A stretch of 63,073 nt of DNA, filler included, from Basidiobolus ranarum (GCA_040143965.1; 17 parts of 17 records of this genome joined end to end with filler, not necessarily neighbours in it); one strand, 5' to 3'; positions 38,341-52,054 are shown, numbered from the whole stretch's first letter. The notes: generated from the letters alone by a model not told the origin. Program-made: numbers and translations.

Positions 38341-40642
38341 GCTTTATGATGGCAAAATGGTAAGTAATGGTAGTGACGCAAGTCAGCATAACAATAAAAG
38401 TTTTCTCAACCTTATAATTGGACCAGGTGCTTAAAACGCAACTGGACAAACATAAACTCCTGTATTATTGAAATGAAAGTGCTCTTGTGAAATATCCTTA
38501 AATAGTTTGAATCAAGAAATAAGTTCTTAATGTGGTTCTATTTACCCAGTATCTTGATACTTCAAACTGCTCCACATTTAATTGAATTTAGTGATGTTCT
38601 ATTGATAGTGATATTACCAAAGCAGGGCAACTCTGAATACTTTCAAATCTATCAGAAAAAAACAAAAGTTCAGCGTGTATCATAATGAAGTTTCATGACA
38701 GTTGCTCAAATTCATACACTCTCACTTAAGAAGCTCTGACAGGGAATTCGATCTAGTCTAGTCTACTCGGGTATCTTGCTTCCAACAAACCGGATGTGTG
38801 TAAAGGTATAGCTCCATTTCTAAGCCATATTGGTAATCCAATATCCAATCCGGGAATGTGGTGCTTCTTTGAAATCAACATGAGATTTTACTTGATATAT
38901 CTGCAGTAGTCAAGCAATTAACATTTTAGTCGACTGAGCGAAGTAGCAGCCCTCTATCTAACTAAATTGGCTATTAGTGGGCGTTAAATGATCTACTTCA
39001 TAGCAAGGTGATGGGCCAATCAGAGAGTAATGGCTAGGCTCATTCCTGGAACTATTGTCTGACTGCCAATTCACAAATGGTTAACTAGTTTGTCAATCAA
39101 ATACCAAATCATCTTCAGATCCCAATGGTTTCTTGTTCCTTACATGTACGAAAATCATCAACAATTTTGGAAAATGCAGTAGTTCTCAATCCATCCATTT
39201 GACTGTTTCACGGTAACCTATATGGGGCACAAGCTGGTGTAACGAAAGAGTTCGTCCTCAGCCTGTAATTCTCACACATGCATCCTTGAACAGCTGTGGA
39301 TGGATTAAGGATCTGGGACTCGGAGGATCCAACACACTGTACTCTTAAGGCTTTTGTCACAGTGACACTAGCATCACCAGCAGATGAGTGTTTTAATCAT
39401 CGATAACCAAATCCCGATTTTTAGAGGGAAATCGATTCTTTATTCGAAACGTAGAACAGGTCATTTGGTGATGCTACGAGCAGGTCAATTCCCGTCTCCA
39501 GTATGGTGAATTCTCAGTTCAATATCTCTTGGCGATGTTGGCAATCTCGGATATTCTCTAAGCATAGGTTAGTGTTATTCCTGATTCTAGCTGGAAATAC
39601 AACGCATGCAGTAGCCAAAGGGAAATCTTTGAGGATGTAAATCCTTCCACTTTTACAGCACATCATGTGCTATATATCCATGGCACAAGTAGTTCATGCA
39701 TCGAAGCTCAGCATAGCCCACCGTTCCCATATTAGCGTAGGTATGTATACTCGTAAATCCATCATTACGTCAATATCTCTCCCATCACATTCGATTAGTG
39801 CCAAGTTGAGTAAATTGGAGCTCATACTTGATCGGTTCTACTTCATGGAAGCTTTATCCGGCTGTCGTCGAATAAATAATATTACTCTACAACCCACGAA
39901 AGCAAGCAACTGCTGGTCTTTCTGGATATAATGAGTAAATGAAAGCCCTCAAGAAGATGTGTAACTCGTGTTGCACCTTGGAGTGCTTATTCGTTTGCGA
40001 AACGATCACGCAATAATGGCAAAAATCAGCAGCCTCGTTCTCTTCAAACCGGTTACAGCACTTGTACTGCCGAACCATCTGTCAAAGCCTTACTGGGTTT
40101 CGCTGAGAAAACCAAATGGCCAGAGCTCGGAAGCCCACCTGAATGCAACATCTACAGAATATTTCCCAAATGTAGTAAATCGAGTGCGGATGAAGGGAGG
40201 TGAGTCAAGTGACATCGTCACTATCAACTCACCCTGCCAATATATTGCTGATAGGCCGAGATGTCTTTTATGCTGATTCGGACTAGTCTACTAAAATGAT
40301 CGCTTTCGGGATGCTTGATATTGGAATATTTCTGAATCTTCTGGCATATCCACAAATCTGTTTGAGAACCTTAATACCGATAAGAGTAGACCCAAAACCA
40401 ATCTGTCAACGTGATATATTGGGTAAACTACGATAAATTTTCTAAAGCCAATCAGATACACAGGATGGTTGGTGGAGACAATATATAAAAGAAGATATCA
40501 GAAGCTTCCCAATATCCATTTCCTACTCGTTTTGCGTTTATTTGAGGATTCACAAGTTGGTTGTTATATTTAAACAGCCTGTCTTCATCATAAAATCCAA
40601 TCTAGCCTATCCACTGATAGCCTCACAATATAAACACGCTAG

Positions 40643-40820
40643 ATGAGTCAGTCGACCAACTCCCCCATTACCACAGAAGCTTCCCCTACTCTGCTGGCAG
40701 ATTTAGAGACCGATACGAACCTCAATAACGAGGGCTTTGACCCTGAGGATCAGAACAGCGAAGGCCTCAATTGGGTAAATAAAAACTCCAAAGAATTTGC
40801 CACCTTCGACCCAAGCTCGA
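40643..40820 (+). CDS. Hypothetical protein N-terminus (3'-truncated)
   Basis: Open acidic, low-complexity ORF running off the contig; TATA-like ATATAAAA near 40483; CpG retained. Confidence 0.45.
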
Positions 40821-40920
40821 NNNNNNNNNNNNNNNNNNNNNNNNNNNNNNNNNNNNNNNNNNNNTTAATTAATTAANNNNNNNNNNNNNNNNNNNNNNNN
40901 NNNNNNNNNNNNNNNNNNNN

Positions 40921-41051
40921 GCTTTCTTTTTTACATGGGGGATTGCATCCCCCATACCCCCTGCTTTCTTTTTATACTGGGAGGACTGCGTCCCCCAGAC
41001 CCCCTCTTTTCATCCATAACCTCCCTTACACTTACCAGAACATCTATACCC
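40921..41051. repeat. Tandem GC-hairpin units (about 43 bp x2) plus a terminal segment shared with 44891-44929
   Basis: GCTTTCTTTTT..TGGGGGATTGCATCCCCCATACCCCCT and ..TGGGAGGACTGCGTCCCCCAGACCCCCT. Confidence 0.7.
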
Positions 41052-41687
41052 TACGACTTCATACACTGTGAAGTCAGGCAATACTTGCAGTTCTATTGCC
41101 GCTGGTAATATCATCACCGTGGAGAAACTTCTGGCAACTAACCCTAATATGAAGCGTGAGATACTAATAGCCAATTGAATCATCTGCACCCCTTCACCAT
41201 GCCATAACAATGACAAATCATATGAAATATACAAAGTACATCCAATAATGAATGGTGAATCTAGCTCAACTTTAGAGAAGCAATCCAGGCCTTGATTGTG
41301 ACAGTCTCTATATGGGTCAATCAATATGCTGTTCTGGAGATGAAACCCCACAACTATCACTGCCACCACTATCACCACTACTTGAACATCTACCCCTCCA
41401 ACAAGCTGCAAAAAAGGCACGAACAAATATAATCGGGGGATACTTGTTATGTGATAGCCACTAAGTTTAACATATCAGCAGAGAGACTTTAAGCTGTTAA
41501 CCCAAGTATGAAATATGAACAATTGATGGTAGGTCAAGTAATGTGTATACCTAGTGTAGTGCCATCTTCTAGAGCATCTCTAACACCAACAGTGGCTCTT
41601 AAAGATTTGTCGTCCAAAGGCTTAGCTAGCTCAATAACTATTTTTTACCTTGTGTCTGTTATTATCTTGAGGACATATCAATATTAA
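41052..41687 (+). pseudogene. Triple LysM-domain protein pseudogene with Thr-rich linker and hydrophobic C-tail
   Basis: YTVKSGNTCSSIA..LLATNPN; NPGLDCDSLYMGQSIC; SGDTCYVIATKFNIS..VNPS..LMVGQVMCIP; stops and frameshifts; absent from the ORF track. Confidence 0.85.
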
Positions 41688-43370
41688 AGTCACAATATGT
41701 CTAACCTTTATTCTAAAATTTGTAGACCTCTCTTTGCAGTAAATTTGGTTACATTACTATATATTTATATAATTGTCATTAATATATTTCATTAATTCAC
41801 AGTATACTTACTCTTAATCTAGTAATAATACCTTTGACAACTCTAGCAGAAAGAGCATTATACACAGCCTGTGAAGAGATAAATCATTCTGCCAAATAAA
41901 GGGCAGCAACTCCTGGCTGGATGGGTTACATCAGTACAGAAATGACGTGAAATATTTCTGAAAAGTATTAAAGGTTGTGAACTGGTATATGCTTTGGATT
42001 TCATGGCAAGTATTTTTTAAAGCACAAGTATTATAACTTCTATTTCTAAAGGTCTATTTATCCTTGCTGATGATTTCAGGATATATTCTTTCCATCCACA
42101 GCAAGACGCTACCACTATTCCAAGATATCTGGTACAGAGTATGAAAGAATCAGAAACATGAGAACTTGTTTCCCAACGTGTCCAGCTTGATGTCATGTTT
42201 ACAATGATTAAACCTCCTTGATTCTCATTATTTTTGATTTCTTACCTTCTGAATAAAAGAATGATAAGGAAACTGCATTAGTGAAATAGGAAGCATTACT
42301 TTTTGGATATAGAGCTAAAAGACTGTTGATATATATGACATTTAAATATGTAGGAAAAAGAAGAGAGAGAATGAAGAGCATCTGTTACATTAAAAGGAGA
42401 GGGGAGATATACAGAAATAGCAAATATGTAAAATCTATTTCTCAGTCTAAAATCACAAAAACCATAACTATTGGAGCATAGTATGTAACCTTGTTTATCC
42501 TGGAGAAAACTTTTATTAATGTAATCACTGAGAATTTTGAGCGAAAAAGTTTGGGATGCCAAATGATGATATTTAGGGAAGTATTTTGCCTTGAGTAAAA
42601 ATATTTAGAGTTAAAGAATTTGGCTTAACCAAAATATTGTTGAAATATTTTATCACTCTGATTAGTTTGGTACTTTTCTTAATGGCTCTACATGTTGATT
42701 ACTTCCAATGTTGATAATTTCCCCCCATCCCACCTTTCTAATGGAACAGTATCTTTTTAGTTTCAGATATTGATTCTATTATGTTACTAATTCTTTCAGG
42801 AGCTTATAAAATCCAATGCCATCACAATTTGTCAGTAAATAGTAAAAGAATTGTTTTTCTGATCACTTCTACAAGTCAAACTTCTCTCAAAGCGACTTTG
42901 TGATTGATGCCTGTTGGAAGGCATATTAGAAAATATTAGTTTTACTGGTTATTAAATGAATTGGTGTTCCACTGTAGGTATATGTTTACTCGCTGTTTCG
43001 TTTTATAACCAGAAGTGACTTAGAAAAGTGGCACATGAAGGCTGAGCCACCACCTGGAAGGTGAATTATTCGTATATTCTAGCATGGATGACCCAATTGC
43101 TTATCTATTCATAACAGTATATAGCATGGCGTATCATATCATGCAAAGAATTCAAGATTAGCGATTTTTTATAATCAATGATTTATCTATCTACATTTTA
43201 CTCATCACCAACTAGTAATCATAGAATTCAGACTCATGTTAACTTATAGATAGGGTAATGCAAGCGTCACGAAAGAGGGACTGCATCTAGAAATCATGAT
43301 CTACACTATTCTATTTACATGAAATAGTGGGTACGCCTTGAACTGAATTCATCCAACAACTATCTCAACA

Positions 43371-43920
43371 ATGAAATACTCAACTGCTAAACTATTGCTT
43401 TCTCTTGCACTTCTAGCTATGAATGCCAGTGGGACCGAACAGTCGTACGATCCCAGTTATAACGGGGTAGGATATGGTCTAGATATTATTTTGTATGATT
43501 TCAAAGGACCATGATAGATTAAAATTAATTACTGAAATTAGCCATCAATATTGCTGATGAAAGTACAATGCTGTCATAAAGCTGGAGCTGAACCTTCTAT
43601 TCTCCACATGCGAAGAATCTCTTGCACAAGATCGAGCATAAGGCTACTCCAGTGACGTTATTTACATTTGTTCTATATATTGTGGTTACATTCTTTATGA
43701 TTGTATAGGTTGAAACGGATCTACGTATTATGGTTATATCAATCATCGGAATGTTATGGAATATCCAGATCGACACTTTGTAGTTATACCAGTCGGTGTT
43801 ACACCATTAGCAAATAAAGAATATCAACACCTGCACTCTTACGATCCACTCTGCCTATCGTTTCGTTATTGGAATGAACTTGTCTTAACTCCTCTTGCAA
43901 CTTTAACTCTAGGAATTTGA
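43371..43920 (+). CDS. Putative small secreted protein with introns (model uncertain)
   Basis: MKYSTAKLLLSLALLAMNASG signal-like start, GT..AG segments, downstream protein-like exon GSTYYGYINHRNVMEYPDRHFVVIPVG. Confidence 0.35.
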
Positions 43921-44633
43921 TGGATTTGTGTCTTTTTTTCAGTACTACACTGCTGATTTACCATAAATTAACTGTCGAAAATGGCAAGTTCCTTGAACTT
44001 TTCATACTTCTCATGAAATATGAAAGTGATTGCCCTTTGAAGCACGTTTGTACCACTTTTTTTCTTCGTTTGGATACTGCATGGAAAGTTGTCATTTTAC
44101 CCGCACGTGGTCCACTGGAGACTGCTAAAAAGATACTGGAATAATAGTAAGTTGTATTCAGAAAATGTATAAATGTAACGATGGAGATTAAACAGAGTGT
44201 ATTTCTATGCCATATAAGTAGCTTTGAAATATAAATTTAAGAATTACCGGTATTAAGTGCTAGATGGAGTTGTCGGGATTTCCACACTAGACTCGCTTCA
44301 GGATTGTTTTAACACTAAATTCATGAACCAATGTAGCACAAAGGGTAGACTACCTAGCAGTTATCCATGCATTACACAGGGAACATTTTGTAAATCCTTC
44401 GCTCCATCATTATGAGCCACATATGGTTGTATTAGAGCCTCCAACCAACAAGAATAACTCTCAAGGATTACGGACTAATGGAGAGATCCCGATCCTTATA
44501 AAGTAACTGGGCCCTGAAACTCTATAAAATGAANNNNNNNNNNNNNNNNNNNNNNNNNNNNNNNNNNNNNNNNNNNNTTAATTAATTAANNNNNNNNNNN
44601 NNNNNNNNNNNNNNNNNNNNNNNNNNNNNNNNN

Positions 44634-44892
44634 GTCCAAATTGCCCCAAAGATAGCTCATTTTACTCCCACAGATGTTCTGAACACAACCCCAGTGTTAG
44701 TTTTCTGTATTTCCACCAAAATGTATAAATGCTTAATTTCTGGTAAATAAATAATTATCTCACAAAGCTATTTACAACTCCACTTTTGTAAAGTTCCTCC
44801 AAACAGCCCATATTTTCCAAATAGATTATGGGCCTGTGTTCCAACTTTTCCAGCATGACAGAAACAACTACCAACACTTTTATTAACTCAAG
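44634..44892 (+). mobile_element. LTR-C 3' part, degenerate PBS and truncated gag start
   Basis: Matches about 36859-37107; PBS GATTATGGGCC; MTETTTNTFINS. Confidence 0.88.
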
Positions 44893-45219
44893 ACCCCCTC
44901 TTTTCATCCTTACCAGAACATCTATACCCCAACCCTAGATTAGTATATAAGCTAAATAAAGTTCACAACACCTGTTGCTAATCATCTCCCTAAATTTGCT
45001 TCTTTTCATTGATGAAAGCTAGATAATACCAAGAATAGTTATATTTTGACTACTATAATGATACTTTAAATAATTTTACAGTTTTATAATGTATACCATT
45101 TGCAAACTGGCTGAGTGCGTGTATACCTAGTCCAAGTTAGACTGTCATTGTGGCACTTTTATTGACATCGCAAGTTGTGAGGATTGTCATTGAAAAAACT
45201 AGCAATATTTAGTTTGCCA

Positions 45220-46209
45220 TTAATTCCCTTCTTTACCGTTGGTACTTCCAGCATAAGGAGCTTTGACAATGATGTGTCCCTCAGGGTGACAAAAAATCCA
45301 TTCCCCATCTTTTGTTTGTGCCGACATAGACCTCATCAAGTTCCTCAAGTCATCCATCTGCTTCTTTGTGGCGGTGGTCAAGTTTTTGTCTATAAAGAAC
45401 CCCATCAACAGTCTGGCGTTTTCGTCCTGGGTCTCGTTGAAAACACAGTCCACATTCAGATAGCTATCGGCAATATGGACTGTTACTTCAGAGGAAGTCT
45501 TGGTGGTAAGCTGAGGTATCCATTTTACTCGGAATGGCTCTTGAATATCAAGTAGAGTATGAAGCTCACCCAGTATATTGAAGGTAGTAATGTTATGTGA
45601 GCCAGAATTTACTCCACTAGAGCGTTGAAACTGAGGAATGCCACCAGGAGTTGAATGGATGATAATCAAATGACCAGTTGAGGAGAGGAGGCTAAAGAGA
45701 AGGCGATGAAGTGATTGGCCAAGTGGGGATATATAATAGAGTGAGTGTCCACACAGAATTATATCGTATTGAGGAGATCCGGAAGGCGGAGTGAAGTCCT
45801 CGAACTTGCAACCGTAGAGTAGCACTTCCATATGGGATGTTTTAAACTGCGTAATGTTTCCATCAAGTGTATTGACAGAATAATCAGAATCTCTTAATCC
45901 AGTCTTAAGTCTAGTAAGAAATCGCTCTCGGTGAAGATTGTTTGGCTCTATTCCATGATACGTAGCTATGTCATATTTTTCAAGCAAAGGCAGCAACACT
46001 TCGATATCAGTATTACCATCACCGCAGCCTACAGAGAGCACTGAGACCTTATCGGTTTTCGAGTTAAGAAGCTCAGGCACACATTGAACTAACCAAAGTT
46101 TGTGATTGCGGGAATTATCCACAACATCCAAGAATAACTTGAAAGCACGCTCATAAAGCGGTTCAGAGGATATAAGGCTAGGGAGAGAGTCCAAATCAGA
46201 AATCATCAT
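45220..46209 (-). CDS. Class I SAM-dependent methyltransferase, histamine N-methyltransferase-like
   Basis: Motif I VLSVGCGDG, YHGIEPN, YDIILCGHSLYYI, LLSSTGHLII; intact intronless 329-aa ORF. Confidence 0.85.
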   Translation of the reverse strand: MMISDLDSLPSLISSEPLYERAFKLFLDVVDNSRNHKLWLVQCVPELLNSKTDKVSVLSVGCGDGNTDIEVLLPLLEKYDIATYHGIEPNNLHRERFLTRLKTGLRDSDYSVNTLDGNITQFKTSHMEVLLYGCKFEDFTPPSGSPQYDIILCGHSLYYISPLGQSLHRLLFSLLSSTGHLIIIHSTPGGIPQFQRSSGVNSGSHNITTFNILGELHTLLDIQEPFRVKWIPQLTTKTSSEVTVHIADSYLNVDCVFNETQDENARLLMGFFIDKNLTTATKKQMDDLRNLMRSMSAQTKDGEWIFCHPEGHIIVKAPYAGSTNGKEGN

Positions 46210-47482
46210 ACAATGCAGTATGGCAAGTGGAAGTTGTTCGAAATATCACGGATTAGAAATTATACCTTGATGAGTACTTATTACCGGTGAGTCGCTCCAC
46301 CCCCTATACGAACATTGGATATAGGGATGCTATTCCTACTATATACTGTGGCTTGGCCTATGTAACCCGCTATTAGATGTATATTTAGTCTAGTTACTCT
46401 CAAGAATGGATAGATATACATAGATATGAGTGGGCGAAGTTTCACAAGCTCATGATTCACGAAATCCAGTGTTCACAACAAGTTGGCAAGAGGGATCTTG
46501 TCGAACTTGACCAATCAAAACCCCAGAATCAGTTCACCAAGCACCTGATTTTCATTAAACAGTCTCAATTTTGGCATTGGTAGGTTTCTCACAGACCGAT
46601 GGTTCTGTTCGCATTCCTTGCTTGTATCTGCACTCTATATGTTCCTTATTGCCACTGAACTTGGCGTATTGCAATTCATGTTGAAGGCTTAGTTTGTATT
46701 GCCTTTGTTACTTGAACATGGGATTTTCGAACGCTTAGTTGCGCTAACGAAGCATTCTAGAATTTTTAGGATTTCAGTGCTCTAGGTTTGACAGGTGCAA
46801 GTGTAGATTCAATGGCCTTTGTTTGTACCAAAAAGCTTGGATGTATTCGATGTATTGTACAAATAGTACGCACTATCTAATTTATTGGGCTGTTTCATTT
46901 AGTGAAATTATTTTTGCGCACTGAGCATTATATGACGTAAGAATATCGTGAGAATATTAGAGTATGTATGTATTATTACTCAATGTTACTTTCATGTCTA
47001 GATGTATTTATAATGTGGCGATGATCAGATCTTTTTTGCTTGTATAAAGGAAGTTGTCACACATTTGAACTCATATTGCAGCAATGTAATGCCATTCCCT
47101 CTCCATCGACCTTAATTCTTAGTACGCATATATTGTTTTTAACAGATAGCTAATTGCACTCCTTATAATGAGCCAGAAATAGATACCCCACTTAGCTTTA
47201 CCCCTAACCTTTAGTTCGGTATTGAAGTGTGGGCAAGCTGAGACTGACAAATACGTGGGAATATAAGTTGGAGATACGTGGCAAACCGATTGAAAGTAAC
47301 CATTACTATGAGTATGCAGTTGCGGATGCTTATCATTTGATCTAATAAAATTATTCTTTCATGGTTATATGAACGAAGATGAAGCCAAGATATAAGATTC
47401 ATTTATTTCAGTCCAGTAATATGAAGCAACTAGAAGTAAAAACACAATGAACTAGGATAGAGTATTCAATGGTGCATCACTC

Positions 47483-48245
47483 TCAGAAGATATTTCTGCG
47501 ATGGATATTCACTGCTATTATTGCTTCTGGTTGCCATAGAATCCATTTACCTTTCTGGATATTGATGGCGTGACGCCTAAGTATAGCCCGCATCTGCTCC
47601 AGAACTACTGGTCCAGCCGATCGAAAATCTATGCCAAAAAGAAAACTCATCAAACCTAGTTCTAGCCCCTTGTCTTTGTTATCGGGGGTAAGGCATTCAC
47701 TGATATCAACAAAAAGATCATTCACTTGTGTTTGGATTACATATTGCTTAGAAGACAGTTCGGCAATAGATGTAACACCAAAATGTTGATTACCATCAAG
47801 TACGTTGCATATTTCTTGCGTTATTTGTACATGATGAAGTGGACGGCTTCCATTAATATTTGCAACTGCTTCAGAGCATTGGAAATCCGCAGGAGTTGTA
47901 TGGGTGATTAGCACGCAGCCGCTTGGCACAATAAGCTGCTTGAGCATTACATCCAGAGATTTAAAGAGATCTTTTACAAAGTATAGCGAATGTCCCGCAA
48001 TAATAAGGTCATACCTTTGAGGCCACAATGTACCGAGAGATGTCAATACCTCAAAGCTGCAGTCAAACAATAGTACTTCGTTGTTATTGTACGAGCAACC
48101 CTCAACCGAGATATCATGCACAACAAGTGGATTTTTTCGTTGTACCTTGCTGCTATGCGAAAGCATCGTATTTAGAAACTGTTTTCTATGTAATTTATTT
48201 GGCTCAACTCCATGATAAGTAAGTGAGCCACAGTTTGGAACTAAG
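47483..48245 (-). CDS. Paralogous HNMT-like methyltransferase (5'-truncated)
   Basis: Frame is open to the contig end, with YHGVEPNKLHRKQFL upstream of the listed Met; YDLIIAGHSLYFV; C-terminal WILWQPE versus WIFCHPE in the neighbour. Confidence 0.82.
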
Positions 48246-48345
48246 NNNNNNNNNNNNNNNNNNNNNNNNNNNNNNNNNNNNNNNNNNNNTTAATTAATTA
48301 ANNNNNNNNNNNNNNNNNNNNNNNNNNNNNNNNNNNNNNNNNNNN

Positions 48346-49510
48346 TTTAATTTACTTCATCTTTCATTATCAAGACCATTCTCCAAAGCTTCTCGGACAC
48401 CCCACTACATGCAGATAATGAAAGTGGATATTCAAGCAATGAGAGGATGGCCAATATTAATCAAAGATCGTTGAATACTTACTTTTGTATTGAGGATGGA
48501 GCTAACACACTTAATGAGCTCGTATTCCACTTGCTCCTCCATCTCGTTTCGACTAGATTCGTGGAAGGTGTATTAGCTCCAATATCACAACTGAAAATGC
48601 ATGAACTAACAGGATGTACAAATGCCATAGGAATATTACATGCCTATTCCTGGCCCCAGCTAGGTTGAGAATCCCGTTCGAAATCAATTTGAACCCTCCA
48701 AGTTCAAGATACTGATGCACCCATCTGTGAGGTAATATATTGGAGATTTAGTAGGCTGAAATGGATCAGATGAAGAGGTTGGCTGGGATTTACCCTATAG
48801 GGCGTGTACTCAAAGACACTCTTAAACTCTTTATGCTCTTCAAGCCCACAGTACGTAGATCTTCCTTGGTAAATTTTCGAATGTAATGATCCGGTGCAAC
48901 TTTATCCTAAAATTATGGCATCAGGTAGTACACAGACATAAATAAAGTTAGTGGGTAAAAAGATGGAATTCTAGACCATATAATGACTTACCTCATCGAT
49001 AGCCATTTGACGCTTAGATATGATGATTTTGGCTTTGTTTTCATCGGATAAGTTTCGTAGGGCGTTTTTAGTTGCCTCATCCATTCCTATTGACTCCTAT
49101 CGTTAAATTTATTTAGTATGGAGGTTTGTTTCTTGACTAATAAAATTAATTACTGCGAATTTCCAAATCTCTCGTAGATGAAAGTCTAGACCAATGTTGG
49201 AACTTACAATCAATTTTTCCATCTCTTCAGCTAATGCTTCTGGGGTTTTCATCAAGTGTTCATATCCTGGTTCAACGGAAGCGTCGGGGTAATGCGCTAG
49301 GCCTATGGTACTCTTAGACATGATAGTGGGACTCCTTATAAGACTACTATTTCCTGATGGGTTTTCAGTGCTCAAAGAAGAGTTGAAGCTATAAGGTGTT
49401 CTTGTCGATATACCCGAATGACTACTTATAGAAGAGTTAATCTCTTCCATGTCGCCATATTCAGTGGAGCTACTATTGTGCTTGGGTTTTTTCTTTCGAA
49501 ATAACGCCAT
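48346..49510 (-). CDS. Diaphanous-related formin-type GTPase-binding-domain protein, N-terminal exons (3'-truncated)
   Basis: Spliced pieces EALAEEMEKLI / GMDEATKNALRNLSDENKAKII / IKSLRVSLSTRPI / WVHQYLELGG / EYELIKCVSSILNTK match Drf_GBD motifs; several short GT-AG introns. Confidence 0.8.
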
Positions 49511-51656
49511 ATTTTAAGGAAGCAAGCTGCTTAGTTGATTAAAAGACAGGAGTTAGATTTACCAATTCAATAGAAAAGAACTCAGTTAACTTTTGGAAAA
49601 TATCTACGATAATTTGATATGGAGTTACAAGGTCTAATATTGTTGTGTACAGGGTCGATTTGAGATGTTGGTGATAACTGCTTTGGAGATAAAATAAGCC
49701 CAAAAAGTGCGTATATGGATGCTATATCGTTTGAACGCTTGGTTTACTGAGCGAATGAAGAACAACGTCTATTGAAAGGTATGAAATATATTCTTGGTGA
49801 GAATCTGGTTGTTCTCCATAAAACTATTTCGAAAAGTGGCTGGTAAAGAATGTATCTACATACAACGACAATACAAAACCCATAAACACTGGTGTAGCGA
49901 GGAAGACTTGCGGTGGTTATGAGTGAGCACGAGAGATGTAGGAATAGTGAGCAATTCTCAAGTTCGGGTAAGTTAGTTGCTTAAACACGTATGAATACCC
50001 CTAATACAACATTTGACTTGCGATACAAGCATATTTCTAAGGCAGTCATATATGACAAATAACAAACTAGTTTCTTCACGGAGATAAAATAAACAATTGA
50101 ACTAATTGGATCTCAGTAAGCAAGGCCCCTACTTTACTCAGTGACATTGATTGACGTAAGGAGATTTCTTTGAATGAAATCTTGAATGAATGCAAGCTAT
50201 ATTTCAAGATTATGTTTTGCTTGCATCCAATCCTTGTGCACCAACAATTTGCGCATACAAGTTGAAAGCCAAACTCAACCATTGTGGCTGCCCCACACGT
50301 GGCTTGACTACATGAATTTCCATATCGGCCGAGAGGCGAATGGCACCAGTACTCAAGTTTGATAAGGCAAAGAATGAGGGTCTTGAGAAATCTTCACGTT
50401 GTGCAATATTTGGTAGAAAGTCAGAATGGGAGGGTGGCGAGGCCAAGTGCTTAGTTCTGTATTGGTGCAAACGTGCCAAATACGTTTACTGAGGCCGAAT
50501 GGTCTTATAGAAAATGCGACGATAGTTGGTCACCATATATACACATGTTGGAATATATAATATGGGCAAATCTATAGTATAAGGAAAGGTGTGGCATCAA
50601 TTTCAGAGGATTAAAATGACTTCGACATAATGCTTAACAAGGCAAGCACTTCACAGCCCCAGGTTGGCGCATTTGTTAGTTTCACCTTGTGCATTGGTAA
50701 GTTCTTTCTCTTGCAAATGTACTCGCTTATGTCTGCCTCTTGCACTCCCCTGATAATTAGGTTGCTATCTCACACACTAAAGCAAGCTCAATTAGAGCTG
50801 ATAACTCTTATAATATCAATATTCTAATCACATACAGAGATACAACGTACATATGGCTCCTCTTATGCTTCTATGGGTGTAGCATAAATACCTAGTCTTC
50901 TCTCTGCTTTGAGTATAGTGACTTTGAGTCAAATAGTAGTTGCCACCGGGGCTGTTTGTAAGAGCTTTCAAAGTATTCGAGATCCTTTAGCGGCTTGGTC
51001 ACTAAACCGAAATTCGGCTCCAAGACCGGAAGATTCGGAAGAAGTTACAAAATGTGATATTACACAATAATTGCTTCGGTACCAGAAATGAGCTAAACAA
51101 AAGATCTTTGTCAAATCATTTCCATAAAATCTCTAATGACTCTGAATGATCAATGGTACAGATTCTTTCAATCCGATTCTATGTCAGTCAACTCTTTGAG
51201 GTTTCAGGACCAGATAGGTTCTTTACGCAGCAACACCCATTAGTCGGATAGATGAAACGTTTATATATACTACTTGCTTTTCTCTAGTTAGTAGCAGCAG
51301 CCAAAACCAATTTGAATAACTGCCATGACAATTGGATTAGTTTAAACCAGTATATTGATTATCAAAAATTAAGGCTTAAAGGTAATTACTCGGGTCAGCT
51401 TTTGCGATTCTTCCTGGATCGAGGTTTAAATGAAGTTGGCATCCTCAAGAATTCCCTCTTTCACTTTCGGTACCCGTAAGGTCTTGAAGCAGGTTAGGGT
51501 TGTTATATACGTATGGCCAAGGGATGAGATGGATCGGAGCTTCTCGAATACTCACAACATCGCAATGGGCAAGTTCGTGTGTGCTCTTCATAGCTAATTC
51601 CTTCTTCCAAGTAACAGATATTATTCGTTCACTCAACTGTTGAGAACTATCCGTAG

Positions 51657-51954
<298 letters not shown>

Positions 51955-52054
51955 NNNNNNNNNNNNNNNNNNNNNNNNNNNNNNNNNNNNNNNNNNNNTT
52001 AATTAATTAANNNNNNNNNNNNNNNNNNNNNNNNNNNNNNNNNNNNNNNNNNNN

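Noticed and set aside
38600-40330. Possible decayed minus-strand gene with an intron-like GTGAGT...TAG segment
   Set aside because: There are stops in all frames and no family could be recognised, so it cannot be supported as a feature.
7452-48245. A single antibacterial or secondary-metabolite cluster (CHAP, NRPS-like, PLA2, LysM, methyltransferases)
   Set aside because: Most of these genes are on different contigs ordered only by length. Only CHAP-lipase, NRPS-subtilisin, NRPS-PLA2 and the methyltransferase pair are physically linked.
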